Shown here piece after piece: positions 1 to 7,972 of a stretch of 29,289 bases of DNA; position 1 is the stretch's first letter, and each line of letters starts with the position of its first letter. The notes under the pieces were generated by a model. That model was given only the letters and a program-made list of their open reading frames with translations. It was not told the origin of the DNA and searched no databases. Origin of the DNA: Pseudomonadota bacterium (GTDB lineage Bacteria > Bdellovibrionota_G > JALEGL01 > DATDPG01); contig JAZDIZ010000015.1 in assembly GCA_043804515.1 (NCBI GenBank), positions 1 through 29,289 on the forward strand, in the 5' to 3' direction. The position numbers and the translations under genes are program-made.

Positions 1-563
1 CTGCAACGGCCTTTCAGGTTCCAGAACCTCTCCATGGCTTGCCGGGTCTCTTCGGTGATCGGGAACCTCACTTCGCTGATCTCCGCCGTGATGGGCCGGA
101 CGGTCTCGGACGTAAGGGGTCTTTCAGGAGCCTCTCTCAGAAGGACCTTCTCGGTCTCTCGCTTACTCAACCCCTCAATCCGGCTGATCAGGGATTCCAC
201 TCTCTCCGTAGGAAAGGGTCTTTCTTCGGCCCGCTCCTCCGCCCGGAGATGTCTTTCCGCCATAGCCGCCTGGGTTAACGTGAGTTTTCCTCTTTCCAGG
301 GCCGTTTTTGCCTCATCGCTTCGAAACATGAGGCGCATAGCTGAAATCCGCTCGTAAGCCTGGTTTTCGCTGTAGCCCAAGGCTCTTTGGACGTAATCCC
401 ACAAGGACCCATAGCCCTCCTCAGCGAAGAGCTTTCTTCGTTCGACCTCATGAAGGTGGTTAAGAAGCTCTAGCGTCGTTTGTTGCTCCTTCTTGGCCAA
501 CTCGATTGTCCGCTGGTGAAGATCGGAATTCGTAAGCGATTCAAGATTCGCGGAAATGGCCAT
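1..563 (-). CDS. HNH endonuclease / DUF222-like protein, N-terminal part (truncated by left window edge)
   Basis: Manual translation from ATG at 563 (SD-like AAGGGAG upstream) is open to base 1: MAISANLESLTNSDLHQRTIELAKKEQQTTLELLNHLHEVERRKLFAEEGYGSLWDYVQRALGYSENQAYERISAMRL... The 'L..L.EVERRKL....GY.SL..Y....LGYSE..AY.RI.A.RL' pattern matches the N-terminus of multi-copy HNH-endonuclease proteins of Bdellovibrionota/Myxococcota. The HNH motif itself would lie outside the window. Confidence 0.75.
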   Translation of the reverse strand, partial: MAISANLESLTNSDLHQRTIELAKKEQQTTLELLNHLHEVERRKLFAEEGYGSLWDYVQRALGYSENQAYERISAMRLMFRSDEAKTALERGKLTLTQAAMAERHLRAEERAEERPFPTERVESLISRIEGLSKRETEKVLLREAPERPLTSETVRPITAEISEVRFPITEETRQAMERFWNLKGRC

Positions 564-827
564 GGCGTTCTCCCTTTTGGGGAGACCCTAGCACCTGTTT
601 TCTGACGCGTTCCTTGGCGTCTTGGAGCGACGATTTCGATGAGAAATCGAGATCTTCATGAAAGAGACGATTGCGTGCGATCGACGGCAGATACGCGCGG
701 AATAAGAGCCTTATAGCGGCGAGCATTTTGGAGAGGGAAGATATGGATTCAAATCCGTCAAGAAAAAAGAACAGAAAAAAAGCACTCTCGCGCAATATTT
801 GTTCGCAAAATTTCGGGATTTTTTCAA

Positions 828-847
828 CAACCTTACCGGTAAGGTTG
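828..847. repeat. Perfect 20-bp palindrome CAACCTTACCGGTAAGGTTG
   Basis: Self-complementary on direct reading; lies in the divergent intergenic region between the HNH-like gene and priA. Confidence 0.8.
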
Positions 848-1029
848 CCCGACGAATCTCCCCTCTAAACAACCGCTGAGACTTCTGAAGGTCGTCGGCC
901 GACCGACGAGGGGTCGCCGACTCCGTCCACCATCACCTGCTCCCAATTCATCTCCCCCTAATCAACTTCTGACATGCCTTCCGAAAACTCCTAGATCCAT
1001 TATCGAAACCATTTCGACCCTAAAGATTG

Positions 1030-1050
1030 GGTTTTTCAGCAACCTGTTAA
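1030..1050. mobile_element. Possible IS5/IS1182-like terminal inverted repeat remnant followed by TTAA
   Basis: GGTTTTTCAGCAACCTGTTAA resembles the ...TTTTTCAGCAGCCTG(C/T)TA ends of IS5/IS1182-type (DUF772) elements. No matching opposite end or transposase in the window. Confidence 0.35.
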
Positions 1051-1070
1051 TCCTTAAGCCTTAATCCTTT
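1046..1070. repeat. Heptamer tandem repeat TTAATCC-TTAAGCC-TTAATCC (copy 1 of intergenic motif)
   Basis: Direct reading; GTTAATCCTTAA recurs at 6618-6629 and 29164-29175. Confidence 0.7.
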
Positions 1071-1103
1071 CCTTGGTGGGATCTCCGATATGCGATTTGA
1101 GGC

Positions 1104-3362
1104 TTGGGCCAGAAATCGCTTGAAAAGGGAGGGGACAAACCAGTACGAAGGGCTGTGCCGCGGCTCGTTGAAGTTGTATTCCCGCTGCCGATCGATTCCA
1201 CATTCACCTACGATCTCCCCGAGGAATCCGAGAATGTCGAAATCGGATCGCGCGTCCTGGCGCCTTTCGGAAAACGTCTTTTGACCGGATATGTCGTGGG
1301 CCTTCCGGATGAGGCGGGCGAGTTCGAACGAAAGACAATCGAGAGCGTTCTGGACGATCAACCGCTGTTGACACCGGGTCTTCTGGATCTGACGCGGACC
1401 ATGTCCAAAATGTACGGCTCGTCGCTCGGCGAAGCGCTTGTGACGCTTCTGCCGCCGGGACTCGTGCGACAGACGCGGCGGCGGATTCTGGCGGAGAAGA
1501 GGGAAGGGGCTCCCGATGGCGCGAAGGAGAAAGACCTCCTGGAAAAGATCCGCAAAGGTCACGGCCTGGATTTCGTGGCGGCGGTTCGGAGAAACCCGAA
1601 AAACGCCGCGCTGCTACGCTCCCTTCAAAAAGAGGGATGGATCCGGATCGAGGCGGTCCTCCGGAAAGAGCGGGCCCGCGTTCGCAAAGACCCTCTTGAA
1701 ACCGGCTCCGCGGCGTTCGCTCACGCTCCCCGGCTTGAGCTGACGTCGGAACAGGCCGAGGCCGTCCGAAAGCTGAGCAACGCGCTGGTTTCCAGGACGT
1801 TCAGTTCCTTCCTTCTGCACGGGATCACGGGAAGCGGAAAAACCGAGGTGTACCTGTGCGTGGCCGAGCGAACGCTCGATCAAGGCCGCTCGGTTCTGGC
1901 CCTGGTCCCGGAAATCGCGCTGACGCCCCAGTTTGTGGGGCGCTTCCGCGCCCGGTTCGGCGACAAGATCGCCGTCCTTCACAGCGCCCGTTCCGAAAGC
2001 GAGCGCCTGACCGAGTGGCAGCGCATCCGCAGGTCCGAAGCCCGCGTAGTCATCGGGGCGCGCAGCGCCGTGTTCGCGCCGCTCGAGAACATCGGCCTTG
2101 TGATCGTGGATGAGGAGCACGACACGTCGTACAAACAACACGAAGGACTTTTGTATCACGCGAGGGATCTGGCCCGGTTCCGGGCCACGAAGGAGAACGC
2201 CGTCTTCCTTCTGGGATCGGCCACGCCGGCCCTGGAGACTTATGAGGAGGCACACGGTGGATCGCTGGAACTCCTGGAGCTGAAGGGGAGGCCGACCGGC
2301 GCGAATCTGGCGCAGGTGTCCCTGGTGGATCTGCGCGAGAAAGTCACGAAATCGGGATCGCAGGGAATTTTCTCCGAAGAGCTCAGAGATGCGATCCAAC
2401 AAACATTGGAAAACGACGAACAGGCCGTTCTCTTTCTAAACCGGCGCGGTTACGCGCCCACGTTGCTCTGCCCCACGTGCGGGGAAGGCCTTCGGTGCAA
2501 ACAGTGCAGCGTGGCCATGACGTATCACCGGAACGAGGGAAGGCTTCTTTGCCATTACTGCGGCTATACACAAAAGGCGGATAGCCCATGTCCCTCCTGC
2601 GGCCAGACGAAGCTAATTCCACTGGGAATCGGTACCGAGAGAGTGGAAAGGGAACTCCGCAACCTATTTCCCGACGCCCGGATCGCAAGGATGGATCGGG
2701 ATGCCGTCCGGCGCCGTGGCTCGCACGAGCGGATCCTGGAGGGCCTCGCGCAGGGCACGACCGATATTCTCGTGGGAACCCAGATGGTCACGAAGGGCAT
2801 GGATTTTCCGCGCGTCACGCTGGTGGGCGTCCTCCTGGCCGATCAATCACTTCATTTTCCCGACTTTCGTGCGGCGGAGAGAACATTCCAACTGCTTACG
2901 CAGGTATCAGGACGCGCGGGCCGGGCAGACCGGGGCGGCCGGTCGATCATCCAGACGTTCCAGCCGGAGCACTACGCCATCGACTCGGCGTCCCGTCAGG
3001 ACTATGCCGGGTTCTACGAGAAGGAGATCCGCTTCCGCCGGGAACTGGGCTATCCCCCGTTTACGTCCCTGTGTCTCTTAAGGCTCGAAGGGAAAGACCA
3101 CGACACGGTCCGCCAGTCGGCGTTGTGGCTTGCGCGCCAGGGGGAGCGGCACCGCTCCAAAACGAAAGCCGAGATGCTGGGCCCCGCCCCGGCTCCCGTA
3201 ATGCGAGTGAACGGCGTCAGCCGCTTCCACATCTTGGTTCGTTCGGAGCGGAACGGTTCGTCCGAGCCTTTCGCAAAATGGCTCCACGCCCAGGCGCAGG
3301 AGACGCTTCGCGCGAAAGGCGTCGAGCTCTCGCTCGACATCGACCCGCAGAACTTCACATAG
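1104..3362 (+). CDS. priA: Primosomal protein N' (replication restart helicase)
   Basis: N-terminal 'FTYDLP...GSRVLAPFGKR', Walker A GITGSGKTEVY, 'LVPEIALTPQ', DEEH box, SAT motif, four CxxC pairs (CPTC, CKQC, CHYC, CPSC), 'GTQMVTKGMDFP', 'QVSGRAGR', 'GPAPAP'. The true start may be GTG at 1155. Confidence 0.97.
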   Translation: MGQKSLEKGGDKPVRRAVPRLVEVVFPLPIDSTFTYDLPEESENVEIGSRVLAPFGKRLLTGYVVGLPDEAGEFERKTIESVLDDQPLLTPGLLDLTRTMSKMYGSSLGEALVTLLPPGLVRQTRRRILAEKREGAPDGAKEKDLLEKIRKGHGLDFVAAVRRNPKNAALLRSLQKEGWIRIEAVLRKERARVRKDPLETGSAAFAHAPRLELTSEQAEAVRKLSNALVSRTFSSFLLHGITGSGKTEVYLCVAERTLDQGRSVLALVPEIALTPQFVGRFRARFGDKIAVLHSARSESERLTEWQRIRRSEARVVIGARSAVFAPLENIGLVIVDEEHDTSYKQHEGLLYHARDLARFRATKENAVFLLGSATPALETYEEAHGGSLELLELKGRPTGANLAQVSLVDLREKVTKSGSQGIFSEELRDAIQQTLENDEQAVLFLNRRGYAPTLLCPTCGEGLRCKQCSVAMTYHRNEGRLLCHYCGYTQKADSPCPSCGQTKLIPLGIGTERVERELRNLFPDARIARMDRDAVRRRGSHERILEGLAQGTTDILVGTQMVTKGMDFPRVTLVGVLLADQSLHFPDFRAAERTFQLLTQVSGRAGRADRGGRSIIQTFQPEHYAIDSASRQDYAGFYEKEIRFRRELGYPPFTSLCLLRLEGKDHDTVRQSALWLARQGERHRSKTKAEMLGPAPAPVMRVNGVSRFHILVRSERNGSSEPFAKWLHAQAQETLRAKGVELSLDIDPQNFT

Positions 3363-3397
3363 CAATCGAACGCAGAGCGGTAAGGGAAATCGGGTTC

Positions 3398-3432
3398 CGG
3401 TGACTGTCCTTCGAAGGACGCACCGATTTTTT
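3398..3432 (+). terminator. Probable intrinsic terminator of priA
   Basis: CGGTG-act-GTCCTTCGAAGGAC-g-CACCG hairpin followed by ATTTTTT, 35 nt after the priA stop. Confidence 0.55.
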
Positions 3433-3520
3433 GTTACGCCAAAAAATCGGCACTCGCCTGCTCGCTCGCCGTGGCATTGGAGGCATAGATACGGCTCGCT
3501 GCGCACGCCTTCGCAGGCCA
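3423..3520. repeat. Structured REP/MITE-like intergenic element between convergent genes
   Basis: 11-bp inverted repeat CCGATTTTTTG/CAAAAAATCGG (3423-3450), then nested pairs GCCTGC/GCAGGC and GCCGT/ACGGC. Confidence 0.4.
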
Positions 3521-3705
3521 GCCCCCGGCCCCCGCTTTCTTTCTCGCAGGTTTCCGCGTGTCTGAACTTTCTTGGGTCAAGACGTCATGGATCGGGAAAA
3601 CGCCGATTTCGCGCTTCTCTAAATAGAAGGAATCAGATCGGAAGGTCCGGAGTAACGACGACCCTCGGGTGGCTTTTCGGTCCGCCTCGACTCTCAGTTG
3701 GTTCC

Positions 3706-6414
3706 TTAGATCGGGTTCGCGGCGCCGGTCGACATCGGCACATTTGTCGGAAGCGCGTAGGGCTCGCAGGCGATCGATGCCGGAATATCGTCCAGATATT
3801 CCACCGGCGTTGAATCATCCACCGTGGCGTCCAGCATGCAGTACGCGTCGTCCCGGACTTCCTCGAGGAGCGCCGTCACGCTGTCCCGGTCCAGCAATTC
3901 GATCAGGGCGCCGTCCTGCGAAATCCGCCAGCCGGTCAATGTGCTTCCGAACAAGACATGGTTGCGAACCGCCACCGGGGATTCCCATTCGCCGCAGGGC
4001 ACTTCGCTCTGCGAGATCACATCATCGCCGAAGATGTCATCCGGACCTCTGTGCGTCGTGAGCCGGCAGCGCGTTCCGAGCCGGTCGATCCGGGCGTAGA
4101 AATCCCGGTCGTTCAGCCGATAGGTGGCGATGGGCACAAAGAGTTCACGCAACACCGACTCGACCCAATCGCCGCTTCGGCGATCCAGGAAGTGGATCCC
4201 GGCGTTTCCGAAGGCCAGCGCCCGGTCGGAGTCCACGGACGTGGTCCGGACGATATCCTCGCTGAATTCAAAGCTCTTCTCGGGCACGAGATGACCCGGG
4301 TCGACCCGCGTGATGCTCAGGCGGTACGCGGTGGGATCGTATTGATCGGCGTGGTGCCGGCCCGCATACGGGAGAAAGAGCTTCTGACTCGGCGCATGAA
4401 GCCGGATCCGCTGATCGTCCCCGGAGACGAACCATGAGCCGGCCAAGGCGTCGTATTCGGTTCCCAGAAGCAGGTTGTCCTGCTCGGCACCGTTGTCGCG
4501 CGAGAAGAGTGTCAGCTTCTCGAACGTGCGCCGCGGAAGCGCCGTATCGCCCGAGCTCTCATCGATTCCGCCTACCGTGACCGTTCCCGGTCCCAAAATC
4601 CCGCTCTCCGCGAGGAGGAGCTGGGAACTCACGCCGGGCATATCGTAGGAATTGAGCGGCACAGGGAGACTGGGTTCCGAAAGATCGAACATCGCCACAT
4701 GGGAGGCCGTGGTGCCTGTGTAAAAGTCCTGGAATCCGGTCGAAATGAGAAGCCGGTCGGGTGTGAAGAGCACCGCCGGGTTGTAGTTCAGGTTGGAGTT
4801 CAGCGGAAGTGTTCGGGCAAGGGCCACAGTGTTCCCCGTGATCAGAAGCGTGTGCAGCTGGTCATCGGCCACTACGTAGAACCGGCCGTTCTGGAACTGC
4901 AGTTGATCCTTGTTGGAAACGAACCCGGGGACGGAAAGGGGGAGCTGATTGAACTTGATCGCGGCCGGACTTCCGGGGGTGGACGGATCCAGCTGGGCCA
5001 GGGCGGCATCCAGCTTGTGGAACGCGCCGTCCTGATATCGGTAGACGGCGAATTCGCTCCGCTGGTCCTCTTTGTAGACGGGGTACGTGTAGGTTTTCGT
5101 TTCGTACGCCTCACACCGTCCCTGCCAGACCATGGAACAGTTCTGGCCGGTTTTCACCCAGATATACTGACTCACCTTGGGCGCCGCTTGAGCTAGACAC
5201 GCCGCCAGCGTCTGGCCGCCGCACGAGTAGTCGCCCGTGCCTGAGGGCGCCACGTAATCCCGATTGTCCTGCCGCTCGTAGACCGGGGAACAGATCTCGA
5301 TCTGCTGGTACTGAGGATTGTATTGGGAGCAGTACGTGTAACTCTCCGTCCGTGTGCCGTCGAAGAGTGTGCGGCTCGCATCCCGGGTGACCACGAGGTA
5401 GCCGTCGCTGGCACTCAAGAACGGCTTGTAGTTCCGTTGGACCGAGATGACGTCGCCGATGTTGCGGGGAGCGGCCGGATCCTGCCCCATCAGGGGGTCG
5501 CTGACATCCGGGTCGCCGGGAACCGAGTCATCCCAATCCGGCCGCCTCCGGCCGTTGGTGAACGTCTCGTCCCAGTCCACATTGAGCGACGTGTCCCATT
5601 GCACGGTCACCAACTTCACGCCGCGCGGGGCGTACCATTGCTGTGGGGGAAACGCCACGAGTGAAGCGGTGAGACCGTAGGGGACCGGACCCCGGGGGTT
5701 CTCCCGCTCTTTCGTCCAGAGCGAGTAGATCACCAACGTGTCGTTGAAAAGCCGTGCGTCCTGAATGCGCTGATCCTTCAGTCGGACGCTGTCGACGTAT
5801 GCAAATCCCTGGTCCACCAGTTTGAAGCGGAGGAGCGCAGCCAATTGGCCAGAAGTACCGTTCGTGAGAACGACGATCTCTCCCCCTTTGTAGAAGAAAT
5901 TGATCGGGGAGCCGGGGATCTTGAGCGAACAGGTCACGGTGGGGGTCGCCCCGTCCATTTTCACGGCCACAAGGCCGTGTTGCTTCGAGAGAAACGCGGC
6001 GATCCCGTTCTGAATTCCGACCAAGTCGGGGCGCTCGATCGTCACCGACTCTATTGCACCCGCGGTATCGGCGGGGGCGTAGCTTCCCATGAACTGGGCT
6101 CCGCGCTTTCCCTTATAGAGAGGGGGGAGACTCCGGTCCTTGAGGATCTCCACGGGTTGGTTCCACTCGATTCCGCCGAGATCGTCGGCGATCTTCTGGA
6201 ATTCCGCCGATTCTTCCGCCAGGCAGCGGATCGGCCGAATCGGGTCTTTGTCCTTGATCTGCAGGGCGAAGGTGGCCGCCTTGAGCATCTCGTTCGCGTG
6301 CGGGAGACGGACCTGGTTTCGGTAGCTGACCGAGTACGAGACCGGATCGGGTCCGGAGGAACACCCGGCTAGGGCGAGAATAATGAGGACGGGGATGGCG
6401 GAGGCGCGATTCAT
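3706..6414 (-). CDS. Lipoprotein with beta-propeller domain (Beta_propel-like) and Cys-rich insertion
   Basis: Signal peptide with lipobox LAGC; SD AAGGAAG upstream; beta-strand-rich blades with family-like segments ('IERPDLVG', 'VAMFDLSEPSLP', 'KLTLFS', 'DDQRI...KLFLPY'). Confidence 0.7.
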   Translation of the reverse strand: MNRASAIPVLIILALAGCSSGPDPVSYSVSYRNQVRLPHANEMLKAATFALQIKDKDPIRPIRCLAEESAEFQKIADDLGGIEWNQPVEILKDRSLPPLYKGKRGAQFMGSYAPADTAGAIESVTIERPDLVGIQNGIAAFLSKQHGLVAVKMDGATPTVTCSLKIPGSPINFFYKGGEIVVLTNGTSGQLAALLRFKLVDQGFAYVDSVRLKDQRIQDARLFNDTLVIYSLWTKERENPRGPVPYGLTASLVAFPPQQWYAPRGVKLVTVQWDTSLNVDWDETFTNGRRRPDWDDSVPGDPDVSDPLMGQDPAAPRNIGDVISVQRNYKPFLSASDGYLVVTRDASRTLFDGTRTESYTYCSQYNPQYQQIEICSPVYERQDNRDYVAPSGTGDYSCGGQTLAACLAQAAPKVSQYIWVKTGQNCSMVWQGRCEAYETKTYTYPVYKEDQRSEFAVYRYQDGAFHKLDAALAQLDPSTPGSPAAIKFNQLPLSVPGFVSNKDQLQFQNGRFYVVADDQLHTLLITGNTVALARTLPLNSNLNYNPAVLFTPDRLLISTGFQDFYTGTTASHVAMFDLSEPSLPVPLNSYDMPGVSSQLLLAESGILGPGTVTVGGIDESSGDTALPRRTFEKLTLFSRDNGAEQDNLLLGTEYDALAGSWFVSGDDQRIRLHAPSQKLFLPYAGRHHADQYDPTAYRLSITRVDPGHLVPEKSFEFSEDIVRTTSVDSDRALAFGNAGIHFLDRRSGDWVESVLRELFVPIATYRLNDRDFYARIDRLGTRCRLTTHRGPDDIFGDDVISQSEVPCGEWESPVAVRNHVLFGSTLTGWRISQDGALIELLDRDSVTALLEEVRDDAYCMLDATVDDSTPVEYLDDIPASIACEPYALPTNVPMSTGAANPI

Positions 6415-6476
6415 GGCAACTTCCTTTCAATCGTTACCTTCAGTTTACGAACCGGGGCCGTCGGCCGCCATCGAAA

Positions 6477-6505
6477 TGTTAACGAAAATTTTAATTTTGT
6501 TAACA
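6477..6505. promoter_or_regulatory. AT-rich imperfect palindrome, candidate operator in divergent promoter region
   Basis: TGTTAACGAAAATT-TT-AATTTTGTTAACA: the arms pair with a single bulge; about 60 bp upstream of the lipoprotein start. Confidence 0.45.
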
Positions 6506-6574
6506 GACGTTAAGCGCTTCAGACGGGTCACGGGAGATAACTAGCGGAAAGTATTATGCAAACTGTGACCCCAA

Positions 6575-6645
6575 TTTTTTAGGATTGAAGGCTAATCCTT
6601 GGATTTCAGATCTGAGAGTTAATCCTTAATCCTCAATCCTGAAAA
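6575..6645. repeat. Inverted heptamer-repeat element (AGGATTG... / AATCCTT-AATCCTC-AATCCTG), copy 2 of intergenic motif
   Basis: Left arm TTTTTAGGATTGAAGG is roughly complementary to right arm CCTCAATCCTGAAAA; AGAGTTAATCCTTAAT (6615-6630) is identical to 29161-29176. Confidence 0.65.
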
Positions 6646-6724
6646 TACGGGCAGGCGGCTCTTGTTGACAAGGGTGGCGCGCCGCGTTAGCAGCTCGGGT
6701 TCCATTCTTACCGGAAGGAACCCC

Positions 6725-7915
6725 ATGTTGAATCGCTTGGCCATTTGCATTGTGAGCCTTTCGCTTGTTCTGTCCGGCGCCAGGGCTTTTGGGCAGAACC
6801 CGCAATCGACCGTTACATGGTCCCCTGTCGTGAAGGAACTCGTTGATCTCGTGCACCGTGATCCGGCCCTCCGGGATGCTTTTGAAGCCGCATTAACCGC
6901 CCAGGAAGAGGGGGCATTCTGGCACGGAAAGACTCTCAATGACATGTACCGGTTTCTGGAAGAGTGGCGAACGTTCAGTCCAGGCGTGGAGACCGTGATG
7001 AAATATGGCGATCCCTTCAAGTCGCTCTACTCACGATCCAATCACGGACGTCCCGTTCCGGGGGGCGCGGGGTCCGTGGAACAGGGATACACCCTGGTGC
7101 GAAACCCGGCGTTCCGGGCATGGATGACAAGGTTCGTTTCCGCACGCAAAGACTTCCTGGACAGCCGCGATTCCGCTCCCGTCGTCAACGAATGGATCAA
7201 GAGCAACGGAATCGATATGAGCATTTACCAGATTCCCGAGCACGGATTCGCTTCGTTCAACGATTTTTTTACGCGGGAATTGAAACCGAATATGCGTCCT
7301 GTTTCCGCTCCGGGCGACGACAAGGTCGTGACATCCCCCGCGGATTGCAGCCTGTCTCAAATATCAAGCCGCTTGACGGCCGACGCGACATTCGAAGTGA
7401 AAGGAGACGAATTCAACGCGGCGGCTCTGTTGGATGACGCCGAACTGGCGAAATGGTTCGAAGGAGGACAGGCGCTTCTCTGCTTCCTCATGCCCGCGAG
7501 CTATCATCGTTTCCACGCTCCCATCTCCGGGAAAATTCAGGACACGAAGCAGCTCGCCGGCTTGTACTTCGGCGCGCGCGGTTTCGTGGATCACTTCTTT
7601 GAACATCGCCGCGGTTATTACATCATTGATAATTTTACGGTCGGACTTGTCGGTTTGGTGGCGGTTGGAATGGGCGAAATCAGCTCCGTCAATATGCCCC
7701 GTCGTGTCGGTGAGGTCGTGAAGAAGGGGGACGAGATCGGCTATTTCGCCTACGGCGGCTCCGCAATCGTCTTGTTGTTCGAACCCGGGCATTTTGTTCC
7801 CTTGGCGGCCTCATCGCCGGCAGGCGGACACGGAAACCCGGGCGAGAACGTAAAGACCGGAAACGTGATTGGTTCAGCCGCTCCAGGCAAAATCATGACA
7901 ATACCGAGTGATTGA
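6725..7915 (+). CDS. Phosphatidylserine decarboxylase-family proenzyme (pyruvoyl-dependent) with N-terminal signal peptide
   Basis: Motifs FNDFFTRELKP, SPAD, YHRFHAP, KGDEIGYFAYGGS (self-cleavage G-G/S). ATG at 6725 follows SD GGAAGGA and encodes a hydrophobic stretch ending in ARA/AFG. Confidence 0.88.
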   Translation: MLNRLAICIVSLSLVLSGARAFGQNPQSTVTWSPVVKELVDLVHRDPALRDAFEAALTAQEEGAFWHGKTLNDMYRFLEEWRTFSPGVETVMKYGDPFKSLYSRSNHGRPVPGGAGSVEQGYTLVRNPAFRAWMTRFVSARKDFLDSRDSAPVVNEWIKSNGIDMSIYQIPEHGFASFNDFFTRELKPNMRPVSAPGDDKVVTSPADCSLSQISSRLTADATFEVKGDEFNAAALLDDAELAKWFEGGQALLCFLMPASYHRFHAPISGKIQDTKQLAGLYFGARGFVDHFFEHRRGYYIIDNFTVGLVGLVAVGMGEISSVNMPRRVGEVVKKGDEIGYFAYGGSAIVLLFEPGHFVPLAASSPAGGHGNPGENVKTGNVIGSAAPGKIMTIPSD

Positions 7916-7972
7916 ACCCAAGGAAAATGTTCCTACAGCCGGCGGACTGGGGCGGCGCCGGGGGCGTCTTGG

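Noticed and set aside
34..868. Short ORFs 34-357, 39-278, 541-795 and 671-868
   Set aside because: Antisense to the HNH-like gene or within intergenic DNA; no protein-like features.
1046..1070. CtrA box or CRISPR repeat
   Set aside because: The spacing is TTAA-N3-TTAA, not N7, and there are no regularly spaced repeat-spacer units.
3400..3813. 137-aa plus-strand ORF after priA
   Set aside because: It runs through terminator and palindromic DNA and overlaps the convergent lipoprotein gene; low-complexity Arg-rich product.
6662..6724. Upstream TTG start for the PSD-like gene
   Set aside because: ATG 6725 has a clear SD and begins a proper signal peptide.
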